Positions 1 to 10,101 of a stretch of DNA of 64,000 bases are shown piece after piece. The notes under the pieces were generated by a model, which saw only the letters and a list, made by a program, of their open reading frames with translations, did not search any database and had not been told where the DNA came from. The translations under genes and the position numbers were made by a program. Positions within the stretch are counted from its first letter, which is position 1, and the number at the start of each line of letters is the position of its first letter. Origin of the DNA: an uncultured Pseudomonadota bacterium (GTDB lineage: Bacteria > Pseudomonadota > Alphaproteobacteria > Rs-D84); contig CADBDF010000005.1 in NCBI GenBank assembly GCA_902793435.1, positions 14,383-78,382 on the forward strand. Reading direction: 5' to 3'.

Positions 1-1206
1 ACAAAATTGTATAACAAAGCAATAACATTGCGCGAACCATGGTTGCATCGTTGGGACGAAGCACGCCGTTATACTGTTCCAATTGCAGATAACGAAACGG
101 CGACATTGTTTGACGGCACCGCCGCAGATGCGGTTGATAATTTGGCTGCATCGATATATACGCTTTTAACACCACCTGAATCATTATGGATAAATTTGGT
201 GCGTGAAAGTGATATGTCCCCAGACCCAGAAATTGCAACAACTGCGTTGCGTGCAAATTTAAATGATTCAAATTTTTATACGACTGTGCATCAGGCATAT
301 ATGGATTTATGTATATATGGTACTGCATGTATGTTTATGGCGGAAAATCCAATTGGGGCGGCATCTGCATTTTCATTTACTGCAATTCCCGTCACAGATT
401 TAGCCATTTTACCAAACGCGATTTTTCATACCACGACAGTTACATTTGGCGATGTTTTATCACGATATCCAACATGGAATGCACCATCAAACTTGCGCAA
501 TAAATTTGCAAAAAATCCAGACACCCCAATACGCATGATTCAATCACTGATTGATAAGGAATTTGTTGCATGGTTGGACGTTGGTGGCGACATTGAAAAC
601 AATATCGTCGCCACAGGTACATTTGAAACGAATCCATATTTAATCTTTCGTTGGTCTGTGCAAAGTGGCGAATTATACGGTCGCAGTCCAATTTTACGTG
701 CATTGCCAGACATCAAAACGGCGAACAAAGTTGTAGAATTGGTTTTGAAAAATGCGACCATCGCCGTCAGTGGTATATGGCAGGCCGATGATGATGGGGT
801 TATAAATTTACAAAACATCAACCTGACACCTGGGGCAATAATACCCAAAGCGGTGGGCAGTTCAGGACTCACACCATTACACAGTGGTGCCGACTTTGAT
901 GTGTCACAATTGATATTAAACGATTTGCGCGACCGGATTCGTCATACATTATTGGCGGACAGACTAAGTTTATTATCGGAACGCGAAATGACCGCAACCG
1001 AGGTTTTGGCACGCAACGCGGACATGATGCGTATTTTGGGCGCAACATATGGTCGTATGTTGCATGAATTTATACGTCCATTATGCGAACGCGGATTACA
1101 GATTTTATCGCGTCGCGGTGTTATTGAACCGATATCTTTACACAGTGATGCAGAATTAAAATATTTGGCACCAATTGCGATTGCAACACGCGACATGGGA
1201 ATATAA
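1..1206 (+). CDS. phage portal / head-to-tail connector-like protein, 5'-truncated by window edge
   Basis: Frame is open from nt 1 and the first in-frame start is a TTG at nt 7. The 399-aa product (REPWLHRWDEARRYTVP...) resembles podovirus-type connector proteins by eye. Two small phage-like ORFs follow it tightly. Confidence 0.5.
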   Translation, partial: TKLYNKAITLREPWLHRWDEARRYTVPIADNETATLFDGTAADAVDNLAASIYTLLTPPESLWINLVRESDMSPDPEIATTALRANLNDSNFYTTVHQAYMDLCIYGTACMFMAENPIGAASAFSFTAIPVTDLAILPNAIFHTTTVTFGDVLSRYPTWNAPSNLRNKFAKNPDTPIRMIQSLIDKEFVAWLDVGGDIENNIVATGTFETNPYLIFRWSVQSGELYGRSPILRALPDIKTANKVVELVLKNATIAVSGIWQADDDGVINLQNINLTPGAIIPKAVGSSGLTPLHSGADFDVSQLILNDLRDRIRHTLLADRLSLLSEREMTATEVLARNADMMRILGATYGRMLHEFIRPLCERGLQILSRRGVIEPISLHSDAELKYLAPIAIATRDMGI

Positions 1207-1218
1207 AGGAAAATAAAA

Positions 1219-1419
1219 ATGACAGAAATAGAAAAACAATACGCGCGCACGTTTGGCACAGATGATGGCAGGGCTGTATTGGCGCACATGCGTAAAATTA
1301 CATTGGAACGCACATTGGGACCAAACGCAACAGACAACGAATTGCGTTGGGCTGAATCGAACCGGGCATTCGTGCGACAAATCGAGCAAATGATTGCGCG
1401 TGGCAAAACAGGGGGGTAA
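1219..1419 (+). CDS. small phage-associated protein (function unknown)
   Basis: 66-aa ORF starting 12 nt after the portal stop, preceded by an aaggaaa RBS-like purine run. Its position after a portal gene is typical of podovirus head modules. Confidence 0.4.
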   Translation: MTEIEKQYARTFGTDDGRAVLAHMRKITLERTLGPNATDNELRWAESNRAFVRQIEQMIARGKTGG

Positions 1420-1422
1420 AAC

Positions 1423-1680
1423 ATGCCAAAAAAAACAGATTTTATGAATATCCTAGATGTATTGCGAAACAGTTGGTTTTTACTGGCATTTGCATTCGGT
1501 GTTGTTTATTGGGTTGCTCGCCAAGATGCGTCTGTGGCGGAATTGGACCGCGCCGACAGTCGCATTACCGCATTGGAAAATCGCACAACAATATTGGAAA
1601 CAGGATTGGGGCAATTACAATTAAAAATCGACGGAATCAAAGAAGATGTCACATTAATCAAATCCGCCGTTATAAAATAA
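1423..1680 (+). CDS. small membrane-anchored coiled-coil protein (phage remnant)
   Basis: 85-aa ORF starting 3 nt after the previous stop. It has one hydrophobic helix (WFLLAFAFGVVYWV) followed by a heptad-like segment. Confidence 0.4.
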   Translation: MPKKTDFMNILDVLRNSWFLLAFAFGVVYWVARQDASVAELDRADSRITALENRTTILETGLGQLQLKIDGIKEDVTLIKSAVIK

Positions 1681-1855
1681 AGCATATAAAACAATACTCG
1701 ATAATCCCCCAGCATCAATTGCCACTTTAATTCCGCCCTATCGCAACCCTTTAATTCCGCCCCATTGGGGAGGGGGACCTTGCTGTAGCGAAGCGAAAGC
1801 AGGTGGAGGGGGTATCCAAGAACTCTCCCCACCACCAACAGCCAAAGGCGGTTGG

Positions 1856-2117
1856 TGTCATCCCGAGGAAGTCAAATCGCAACGAACGCCCGGGCCCCAA
1901 AAATTTTTTGAAAAAATTTTTGGGTGGAAACAGTGTTGTGATTTGACGACACGTGGGGATCCAGGTCTATTAGAGTGTGCGACTTTGTCGCACCGCTTTT
2001 TTATTTACTGGATTGCCCAGTACCACCCACAAAATTTTTCAAATTTCGTGGGGCCCGGTGTCTCGCGCGTCCGGCTTTGCGTTTTACGCAAGTTGGACTT
2101 GCTCGCTCGCAATGACA
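1856..2117. repeat. MITE-like palindromic element, copy A (with nested hairpin inserts)
   Basis: Termini are tgtcatcccgagg ... gctcgcaatgaca. The inner arms cacgtggggatccaggtctatta / ttatttactggattgcccag and the segment gtccggctttgcg..cgcaagttggact match copy B at 3845-4030. Nested palindromes are present, e.g. cccaaaaattttttgaaaaaatttttggg. Confidence 0.6.
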
Positions 2118-2141
2118 AAAACGCGCCCACGTTTTTGTTTG

Positions 2142-2170
2142 AAAAAAAACACCTGATGAAAATCAGGTGT
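2142..2170 (-). terminator. rho-independent terminator-like hairpin
   Basis: Stem acacctgat / atcaggtgt with a 4-nt loop. An A8 run on the plus strand gives a U-run on the minus strand. Confidence 0.45.
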
Positions 2171-2296
2171 TTCTTGATTTAGAAACAAAAGCCTCTTGTT
2201 TTTTTAATGGGACTACGAGTAAAAGAGCCGTCAGGCGATTTGTCACGAGTGCCGCGCAGGGAAGCAATAGCGAACCGAGCGAGTTGTTCGGGGCCA

Positions 2297-2326
2297 ACAA
2301 AAAACACCGATATTTCTATCGGTGTT
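2297..2326 (-). terminator. rho-independent terminator downstream of 2404..3825
   Basis: Stem acaccgata / tatcggtgt with loop tttc. A plus-strand A-run gives a minus-strand U-run. It lies about 80 nt after the stop of the minus-strand gene. Confidence 0.5.
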
Positions 2327-2403
2327 TCTTGACTCTGTCTGGCAGCCTTACTTTTTTTAATGGGAGTTGAATTCAGGGCCTTGACCAAACAAAATCAAAA
2401 CTG

Positions 2404-3825
2404 TCAATCTGCACTTTCAATAATTTCATACCAATGTGGTGTTCCGTCGTTGTCTTCGACCAATAAACATTTTTTGCCGGCGGGGCAGTTCTCGTCCGGG
2501 CGGGTTTGTTTGGTTGCCTGCAAATCCGCGATGGCTTTGGTTTGATTAATTGTGTTCGTGACAACATCGCGTATCGTTGCAATCGTGTCGTTTAAATCAT
2601 TTACGACCGGACTAAACCGCGCAGTATTGTATGCGGTCGTCGCAATTTTGATTGCGTTGGTGGCGATTGTTGTCACAACACTGGCGCCCGACGATAACAG
2701 GGTTGTAATGGTCATACCGGTCACACCGCCAGTACGATTATTAACCGGTGCGGTGGTCATGGTCTGCCCTGTGACAGATTCCGTTGTCGGTGTTTCAAGT
2801 GGATAGATAATAATTACAGGCGTGCCTGCGGCGTATTGTTGTGCAAGGAACGCTTTGAATCCTGCCAAGTTATTATTATATGTGTTATCTCTTATATATA
2901 TCTTGTCTAATGAAGCTGTGTAGCCATATTTGAACTGCCCGTTTTCAATTCCACTCGTTGTCTTACTTGATATAACCCCCATATAATGTGTGCATATCGC
3001 AGTTGATGGATAAACAGCGTTTATTCCGGTTTGACAAGAGAACAAATTAGTGTTAGCGCCTTGATATTGCCAATCTTCCGTTCCATCAAGCACCTTTACC
3101 CCGACATTGCGGGTGATTGCGCCAGTGTTGATATTTTGGGTATCACGATAATCGCCAATACCCAACAAAGTCGCCACCGTTGCCGTATGATTCGCACTGT
3201 CGCCAATGGTTTCCACTGTGCCGTCTGTGTAGATGCCTACCTGATATGGTTCGTATGCGGTGACTGTTGAGCCTTGTTCAAGTTGCCAATTAAACTGTGC
3301 GAAAGCATCTTGTATTGGTGTAGAATTATCTAATGGGTTGCTTCTTACTTGTAAATAATAACAATTATTCGGTGTTGTGCCAGTTGTAGGTTGAGATATT
3401 TCATACGGCGAAGCACCCAAGTAATTTTTAGCACTGTCAAAAAAGTATATCGTATTATACTTTGAATATGTGCCAGATGTTTTATTCGTACCCACAAAGG
3501 TGTAAGTCGTGTTTGGCAAACAAGGGATATAACCGTCATCAGAGGACATAAAATTTGAAGAACTTTGCTGTTTACCCCCTGTGGTTCTACCCCTATAATA
3601 ACCAAACAACACTTTTGTTGGGTCAAACAAATTCTTACCAATCACGCCATATTTTAACACCCCATTGTTTGTGCTGATTGCAACAGGAGTGTTTGGGGTT
3701 GGGGTGCCGTTCTGTTCAACCAAACCCGCCACAGTCACCGACGATATCGGCCCCGAATTTGTTTCTGCTGACCAACCAGAAATCGTTACCAACAGTCCCA
3801 GCAATCCAAACAACAGTTTTTTCAT
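2404..3825 (-). CDS. secreted phage receptor-binding-protein-like protein
   Basis: 473 aa with an N-terminal signal peptide (MKKLLFGLLGLLVTISGWSA). GTPTPNTPV...GKNLFD and YEPY...LLGIGDYRDT...VLDGTEDW segments are typical of phage tail-fibre/RBP bodies. It lacks a virion-attachment N-domain. Confidence 0.6.
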   Translation of the reverse strand: MKKLLFGLLGLLVTISGWSAETNSGPISSVTVAGLVEQNGTPTPNTPVAISTNNGVLKYGVIGKNLFDPTKVLFGYYRGRTTGGKQQSSSNFMSSDDGYIPCLPNTTYTFVGTNKTSGTYSKYNTIYFFDSAKNYLGASPYEISQPTTGTTPNNCYYLQVRSNPLDNSTPIQDAFAQFNWQLEQGSTVTAYEPYQVGIYTDGTVETIGDSANHTATVATLLGIGDYRDTQNINTGAITRNVGVKVLDGTEDWQYQGANTNLFSCQTGINAVYPSTAICTHYMGVISSKTTSGIENGQFKYGYTASLDKIYIRDNTYNNNLAGFKAFLAQQYAAGTPVIIIYPLETPTTESVTGQTMTTAPVNNRTGGVTGMTITTLLSSGASVVTTIATNAIKIATTAYNTARFSPVVNDLNDTIATIRDVVTNTINQTKAIADLQATKQTRPDENCPAGKKCLLVEDNDGTPHWYEIIESAD

Positions 3826-3844
3826 CTTTCTCCCCTTTGTGTTC

Positions 3845-4030
3845 TGTCATTGCGAGCGCAGTTTTGCAAATTTACGCAACGCGTAGGGTTTGCAAAACGA
3901 AGACGTGGCAATCCAGGTGAATAACAGAGTGTCGGCTTTGCCGACGGCATCTTTAATTACTGGATCCTCACGCTACGTTCGTCCGGCTTTGCGCGTTCGC
4001 GCAAGTTGGACTCACTTGCTCAGGATGACA
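3845..4030. repeat. MITE-like palindromic element, copy B
   Basis: Termini are tgtcattgcgagcg ... cttgctcaggatgaca, forming an imperfect terminal inverted repeat (TIR). The arms are gacgtggcaatccaggtgaataa / ttaattactggatcctcacg, with a central hairpin gtcggctttgccgac. Same family and orientation as copy A. Confidence 0.6.
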
Positions 4031-4490
4031 TCATCCTTGGCATTCGCCAATGATGCGCGTATTCGGGCTCTGCCCTTTACGCGATTTTTTGTGTTAAAAA
4101 AAACACAAAAAATACCGCTAACGAGAGAAGCGGTCGGGGTGTTCGAAAATCAGCTATACCAAGTGACTCCATATATCTTTCGTATATATGGCACCCTGAC
4201 CAAAACATTGGTTTAGGGTTTAAATCAGTTGGATTTCATATACAAACAATTGTCGCATAAAAATCACGCCAACAAATATTCATATATGTCGGCGCAAAAA
4301 ACTGAAAATGTTATATCAAAAACTCATGGGACAAAATATCCCAGCGATTCGGAATAACGATACAATTTTTTGCACCGGGTAAGCCAGGCTTTCGACAGCC
4401 CCGAATATAACTCCCGTTATATTCTGTAAAACATGATAAAACATTTTTGTGTTTTATTGCAATAATTTTTATGATTACAAAAATAATCAA

Positions 4491-4516
4491 ACAAAACCCG
4501 CGAATTCCGCGGGTTA
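4491..4516 (-). terminator. terminator downstream of bamA
   Basis: Stem aacccgcg / cgcgggtt, followed by a U-run on the minus strand. Confidence 0.5.
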
Positions 4517-4528
4517 TAAATATTTATA

Positions 4529-6796
4529 TTAAAATTGTGTTTCAAATGATAATAAAAATCTGCGTTCTTTATCATTTTTATCAATGTGCAACGGCCAGCC
4601 CCAACTGAAATTCATTGGACCCATTGGGGTATTCCAATACACACCAAATCCCGCCGATGTGCGCCAACCAGAACCAATCTCGTTCAAATATGCCGCGTTT
4701 TCTTGACCCGCCGGAACATCTGGGTCGCCCAGGTATCCATAATCGGTAAATACAAAACCTTTGACCTGGTATTCATCAGGTATAAATACAGGAAAATTTA
4801 ACTGTGTTGTGCCATTAACCTTCCATAATCCACCCAACGAATAAGAATTCTTGCTGATACGACCAACACCCGCAACATCAAATCCACGCAATGATTCACC
4901 ACCCAAGAAATATCGATAAACACGTGGAATATAACTGTCGCCAATGGGGGCAATATATCCGCCTTCTAATGCTGTCTTTAATTGCCAACGATCGTCCAAG
5001 AATTTAACCATCGCGGTCATATCGCCTGAATAACGCATATATGTTGTTGTGCCACCAAAACCGGTATATGTCACACCAAAATTACCAACCAATCCGGTAT
5101 GAGTGTTTTGTTCAAAATTCGTTTCCAAATTATAATACCGCAGTGTTGTTCCCAACGAGTATAAACGCGCATGCACCATGCCGGCGGCCTGTTGCGGATC
5201 AGTGTTTTGATCAAATGCCGCAGACAAACGCATACTTTGCGACCAATGGTCTGTTAATTTCCAACCCAATCGTCCCGACACACTAAGCGAGTCGCGGTCG
5301 TAATCGAATCCGGTGAGTCCCCGATAATCATACATTGTGTATGCAACATCAAATCCCCCAGATAATGCACGTCCAAACAAATATGGTTCGGTAAAACTGA
5401 ACAGGGCCTGTTTTTGATATTGCGCCAGCGAGCCTTTGATTTGGACAATTTGACCGCGTCCCATAAAATTATTTTCGGTAATGCCCGCATCAACCATAAA
5501 TCCATTAATATTAGACCAACCAACACCACCCGACAATTCGCCTGTGGGCTGTTCGGCAACACGCACGTCCAGATTCATCATATTTGCATCGGCAATTCGT
5601 GTTGGCACCATTTGCACATCTTTGAAATAACGTGTGTGCATTAAATTTTGACGTGCTTCTTCGATTGTTTGTAATGAAAACGGGTCGCCCGCACGCATCG
5701 GCAAAGATTGTTCTATCACGCTGTCAAATGTTCGTACATTTCCCAAAATGTTAATAGAATTTAAATAAATACGATTGGTTTTTTGAATTTTAAATTCCAA
5801 CGATACAGTGCGATTTTTATCGTCTTTGACCGGTACAGGTTCCACCGTAATAAACGCATATCCGGCGTCCGCCACCGCGCCACGCAACGCAGAAATCGTT
5901 GCATCAACCTTGTCTATGTTATATGTATCCCCTGTATCCATTTTTATAACATCGTATAACTTTTCATTTGGTACATCTGGGAACGGATTATCAATTTTTA
6001 ATTCACCGAATTTATATTTTTCACCTTCGTTAATTTCAAAATTAACAGAATAATATTCGCGCGTTTCTGTAAATTTCCCAGTCGTATTTACTACATTTGC
6101 ATCAACATAACCATTGCGCAGATAAAATTGTCTCAACATTTGTGCATCGTATTGGATTCTGTCTTCGTCAAACACATCAAATTGAGTCATAAAACGCCAC
6201 CACGCATGTTCGCGCGATAATATTTCACCACGTAAAGTTCTGTCACTGAAATGTTCGTTTCCAGAAAAATCAATATTGGAAATGTATGTTGGGTGACCTT
6301 CGGTAATTTCATAAACAACATTGACGCGGTTGTTATCTAATTCAATTTTTTTTGGATTTATTTTTGTTCCAAAAAATCCCTTGCGTTGATATATAGTCAG
6401 CAATCTTTGTACATCGGCACCAATAACCGTTTCATCGTATGCCGCACGTTCCGCCAATTTAATTTCTTTTTTTAAATCATCGGTTGAAACTTCGTCATTT
6501 CCTTCAACGGTCACCTGGGAAACAATAGGTGATTCCGTCAATTTTATTCTTATTACACCACCATCACTTGTGACATTGATACTGGAAAAATAACCACTGT
6601 CTTGTAATCTTTTTGCAATTTCATTTGTCGTTGCCGAACCAATGTTGTCGCCAACCTTTACCCCAGATAAAATACGCACAGATTCTGCATCCATACGTTT
6701 TGTACCCGAAACATCAATGCGCGAAATCGTGGTTGCACCCGCTGTGCCAACAACACATACCGCACCAATCAAAGAAATAACATTTTTTTTATTCAT
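4529..6796 (-). CDS. bamA: outer membrane protein assembly factor BamA (Omp85)
   Basis: 755 aa with a signal peptide, POTRA-type repeats and a C-terminal beta-barrel ending in F. It sits in the canonical position after rseP. Confidence 0.95.
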   Translation of the reverse strand: MNKKNVISLIGAVCVVGTAGATTISRIDVSGTKRMDAESVRILSGVKVGDNIGSATTNEIAKRLQDSGYFSSINVTSDGGVIRIKLTESPIVSQVTVEGNDEVSTDDLKKEIKLAERAAYDETVIGADVQRLLTIYQRKGFFGTKINPKKIELDNNRVNVVYEITEGHPTYISNIDFSGNEHFSDRTLRGEILSREHAWWRFMTQFDVFDEDRIQYDAQMLRQFYLRNGYVDANVVNTTGKFTETREYYSVNFEINEGEKYKFGELKIDNPFPDVPNEKLYDVIKMDTGDTYNIDKVDATISALRGAVADAGYAFITVEPVPVKDDKNRTVSLEFKIQKTNRIYLNSINILGNVRTFDSVIEQSLPMRAGDPFSLQTIEEARQNLMHTRYFKDVQMVPTRIADANMMNLDVRVAEQPTGELSGGVGWSNINGFMVDAGITENNFMGRGQIVQIKGSLAQYQKQALFSFTEPYLFGRALSGGFDVAYTMYDYRGLTGFDYDRDSLSVSGRLGWKLTDHWSQSMRLSAAFDQNTDPQQAAGMVHARLYSLGTTLRYYNLETNFEQNTHTGLVGNFGVTYTGFGGTTTYMRYSGDMTAMVKFLDDRWQLKTALEGGYIAPIGDSYIPRVYRYFLGGESLRGFDVAGVGRISKNSYSLGGLWKVNGTTQLNFPVFIPDEYQVKGFVFTDYGYLGDPDVPAGQENAAYLNEIGSGWRTSAGFGVYWNTPMGPMNFSWGWPLHIDKNDKERRFLLSFETQF

Positions 6797-6797
6797 T

Positions 6798-7856
6798 TTA
6801 ATTCAACCCAAAAACCCTAGCAATATCGTTCCACATAGTCAGCACCATCAAACCAATAATCAATATCCAACCCACCGCAAAAGCATATTCCATGGCTTTA
6901 CCTTGCAAACGGCGACGCGTGATAAATTCAATTATCAATATCAATAAAAATCCGCCATCTAATACCGGTAAAGGCAACAAATTTACCACACCCAAATTCA
7001 CAGATAATAATGCGATAATCGATAAAAACGCCCAAAAGCCAACAGATAAAGCCTGGCCAGAAACCTGGGCAATTGTTATAAACGAACCCAACTGTTTCGA
7101 AGAACGTTCGCCGGTAATAATTTGTTTTAATACGGTCAATAAAGTCTTTGATTGGTTGTATGTTTCACGTGCGCCCCAATACAAACCATCAACAAAACCT
7201 TTTTTGCGTAATTCTGTTTTGGAACCATCGGCAACCAAACCCCAACGTTCCGCAGGCGATAAAGAAACCGTCACTGTATTTTTGCCACGTACCAGCTCAA
7301 CACTTGCATCGTGTTGCGCCGCCAATTCTTTGGCCAAAATAATTTCACCCCAATTAGAAATTTTCTTACCATCAATTTTTACAATAACATCACCTGGTTT
7401 TACACCCGCATTAAACGCAACGCTTTTTTGTATAACCTGACCAACCACAGGTAATTGAATTTCGCGTGGGTGAAACATAAATGCCGCCGAATAGATAAAC
7501 CAAGCCAGCATAAAGTTCATAAATACACCCGCACCAATAATTATAAACTGTTTCCATCTTGGCGCAGACAGATAATGTCCAACTTTTTTTTCATCACTTA
7601 AATCATCATACTTTTTGCGGTCGAACATATCTTCTTGACCATATATAGATACATAACCGCCCAACGGCAAACAAGCCAACTGCCACTGGGTCCCATGCTT
7701 GTCGTGCCATTTAATCAATGCAGGCCCAAAACCAATAGAAAATTTATCAACGCGAACACCCGCCCAACGTGCCGCCAAAAAATGCCCTAACTCGTGAATA
7801 ACAACCACGACACCTAAAACAATCAACAACGCAACAACAGTCATCACGATATGCAT
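6798..7856 (-). CDS. rseP: RIP zinc metalloprotease RseP (M50)
   Basis: HELGH motif at the N-terminus, a PDZ-like middle region and an LPLPVLDGG motif. Confidence 0.95.
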   Translation of the reverse strand: MHIVMTVVALLIVLGVVVVIHELGHFLAARWAGVRVDKFSIGFGPALIKWHDKHGTQWQLACLPLGGYVSIYGQEDMFDRKKYDDLSDEKKVGHYLSAPRWKQFIIIGAGVFMNFMLAWFIYSAAFMFHPREIQLPVVGQVIQKSVAFNAGVKPGDVIVKIDGKKISNWGEIILAKELAAQHDASVELVRGKNTVTVSLSPAERWGLVADGSKTELRKKGFVDGLYWGARETYNQSKTLLTVLKQIITGERSSKQLGSFITIAQVSGQALSVGFWAFLSIIALLSVNLGVVNLLPLPVLDGGFLLILIIEFITRRRLQGKAMEYAFAVGWILIIGLMVLTMWNDIARVFGLN

Positions 7857-7891
7857 TTTTATAAATCCTCCCCATTAAATCCAAATTTATT

Positions 7892-8536
7892 TTAACCTAA
7901 AATCCACCATACCACAGGCAACACATAAATCCATCCATCAAACCTGTCCAGCAATCCACCATGCCCAGGTAAAATTGTGCCGAAATCTTTGATGCCTAAA
8001 TTACGTTTTACAAAACTGGCGGTCAAATCACCATATTGAGATAACAATGCAATCGATATACCAATCCATAATAATTCAGGTTGATAATTTCCAACAACCA
8101 ACGGTCCAAATGCCAAAGAAACCAATGCACCACAAATGATGCCAGCAATTTGACCAGTCCATGTTTTTTGTGCAGAAATGCGTTCCCACATTTTATCACC
8201 ACCAAACAATTTGCCGAAAAACCATGCACCAATGTCAGCCGCACAAATAATTGCCAACAACAATACCATATTGCGTGCATTTGCACCAACGTAATATGCC
8301 GCCGCAATCAACATAACCAACCAAGCCAAGAATCCAAAAAACAATACACCATGTTGTGCGACATTTTCGCGTTCTGTATTAAACAGACGATTTGTCATTT
8401 CATAAACCATGCCCGATGCGACCAATACAGACAACCACCGCACCGCAGGAATATGGAAATGTTCCAATACCCCAGCAATACATGCAATAACCAACATTGC
8501 ACCCGACACCAACACGCGTTTCATTGTTTCAGACAT
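7892..8536 (-). CDS. cdsA: phosphatidate cytidylyltransferase
   Basis: Polytopic 214-aa protein with a C-terminal SxxKRxxGxKDxGxxxPGHGGxxDRxD signature. It lies between uppS and rseP. Confidence 0.85.
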   Translation of the reverse strand: MSETMKRVLVSGAMLVIACIAGVLEHFHIPAVRWLSVLVASGMVYEMTNRLFNTERENVAQHGVLFFGFLAWLVMLIAAAYYVGANARNMVLLLAIICAADIGAWFFGKLFGGDKMWERISAQKTWTGQIAGIICGALVSLAFGPLVVGNYQPELLWIGISIALLSQYGDLTASFVKRNLGIKDFGTILPGHGGLLDRFDGWIYVLPVVWWILG

Positions 8537-8538
8537 AA

Positions 8539-9312
8539 TTATTTACCCTTTTTTTTACCAGAATAGTCTTTCTTTTTTCCGCCACCAAATCTGCGATTGC
8601 GTGTGCTAAATTCGTCCAAAACATGTTGCCACAATTTTTCACTGCGAACCAAATCGGGCCAGTGTTCTGGAATAAATAATAATTCTGCATACGCCAATTT
8701 CCATAACATAAAGTTAGAAATTCTGCACTCGTTGCTGGTTCGAACCATCAAATCAATAGGCAACAAATCCCCCGAATCCATAAATGTTTCAAATGTTTCG
8801 CGTGTGACAGGTTCGCCATTTTCAATTGCCATGTTTGCCGCACGAACAATCTCGTCTTGACCACCGTAATTCAACGCGAATACAATCGTCCCACCGGTGT
8901 TTTCCGCAGATTTTTCTTCCAGTTCATCACACAACTTTGCCAACTTTTTCGGTAATCTGTCACGCGAACCAATAACACGATAACGAATATTTTGTTTTAA
9001 AGCGTAATCTTTATTTTTTTCCATTACATCGCAAAACAAATTCATCAAGAAATCAACTTCTTCTTCACTGCGATCCCAATTTTCTGTGGAAAAGATAAAG
9101 AAAGTTAATGTTGTCACACCGCGGTTAATAAACCATTCTGCCATTTTTTCAAAGTTGGCAATGCCAGCCTGGTGTCCCATCAATGGTGGCAAACCGCGGT
9201 TTTCTGCCCAACGACGATTGCCGTCACAAATAAAGGCAATATGCTGTGGAATTTTTGTGGGATTAACAGATTTCGTTTGTTGTTTTTTGAAAAATTTAAA
9301 CATATTCGTCAC
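8539..9312 (-). CDS. uppS: undecaprenyl diphosphate synthase
   Basis: HIAFICDGNRRWA motif and a cis-prenyltransferase core. It has a Lys-rich C-terminal tail. Confidence 0.95.
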   Translation of the reverse strand: MTNMFKFFKKQQTKSVNPTKIPQHIAFICDGNRRWAENRGLPPLMGHQAGIANFEKMAEWFINRGVTTLTFFIFSTENWDRSEEEVDFLMNLFCDVMEKNKDYALKQNIRYRVIGSRDRLPKKLAKLCDELEEKSAENTGGTIVFALNYGGQDEIVRAANMAIENGEPVTRETFETFMDSGDLLPIDLMVRTSNECRISNFMLWKLAYAELLFIPEHWPDLVRSEKLWQHVLDEFSTRNRRFGGGKKKDYSGKKKGK

Positions 9313-9358
9313 CTTTCCTATATAAAATGTTAAGTTTTATATTTTTTGATTTATGAAA

Positions 9359-9919
9359 TTACACAGCCATAATATCTGCTTCTTTTTTCTTTGCCATGGC
9401 ATCAACCTCGGCACCGCGTGCATCAAAAACCTTTTGTATATCGTCTTCGAATTTGCGCTGGTCATCTTCGCTGATTTCTTTGTCTGTGACGGCGCGTTTA
9501 ATCTTGGACATTGCATCTTGGCGAATATTACGCATAGAAATCTTGGCTTCTTCGGCGTATTTTCCGGCAACTTTGGTTAATTCCTTGCGACGTTCTTCGG
9601 TAAGTGGCGGCATATTCAAACGAATAACCGCACCCGCAGACATAGGGTTCAATCCTAACCCGGAATCACGAATTGCTTTTTCCACAGGTCCAACATTATT
9701 CATGTCCCAAACAGTCACATTTAATGTTTGATTGTCAGGTGTCGAAACAGTTGCCAATTGATTCAAAGGCATATCGGAACCATAAACTGGCACACGCACA
9801 CCGTCTAACAAATGCACAGATGCACGCCCAGTGCGCAATCCAGCAAATTCATTTTGTAAAACCTCTAATGTTTGGGCTGTTTTTTGTTCGACTTCATTTT
9901 TTAAAGTTTGATAATCCAT
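9359..9919 (-). CDS. frr: ribosome recycling factor
   Basis: Frr-like sequence (LRTGRAS..LLD, VWD). The start was moved to the ATG at 9919, which is preceded by an aggaga RBS. The track ORF extends to 9967. Confidence 0.9.
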   Translation of the reverse strand: MDYQTLKNEVEQKTAQTLEVLQNEFAGLRTGRASVHLLDGVRVPVYGSDMPLNQLATVSTPDNQTLNVTVWDMNNVGPVEKAIRDSGLGLNPMSAGAVIRLNMPPLTEERRKELTKVAGKYAEEAKISMRNIRQDAMSKIKRAVTDKEISEDDQRKFEDDIQKVFDARGAEVDAMAKKKEADIMAV

Positions 9920-10003
9920 ATAGTTCTCCTTAGATGTCAAAAAGAGATTAGCAAAAATATTTGACATTTAGCAAGAAGAAATATAGAATATGTTTTGTTT
10001 TGT

Positions 10004-10079
10004 GGGGTTGTAGCTCAGTTGGTAGAGCACTTGCATGGCATGCAAGGGGTCGTCAGTTCGAGTCTGATCAGCTCCACCA
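10004..10079 (+). tRNA. tRNA-Ala (anticodon GGC)
   Basis: Hand-folded 76-nt cloverleaf with a G3:U70 identity pair, anticodon loop ATGGCAT and an encoded CCA. Confidence 0.9.
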
Positions 10080-10101
10080 TCAATTTTTATAAAAGTTTCA
10101 T

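Noticed and set aside
2404-3825. A diversity-generating retroelement or retron associated with the RBP-like genes.
   Set aside because: No reverse transcriptase ORF, template/variable repeat pair or msr/msd-like structure was found near either RBP-like gene (2404-3825 or 53684-54556).
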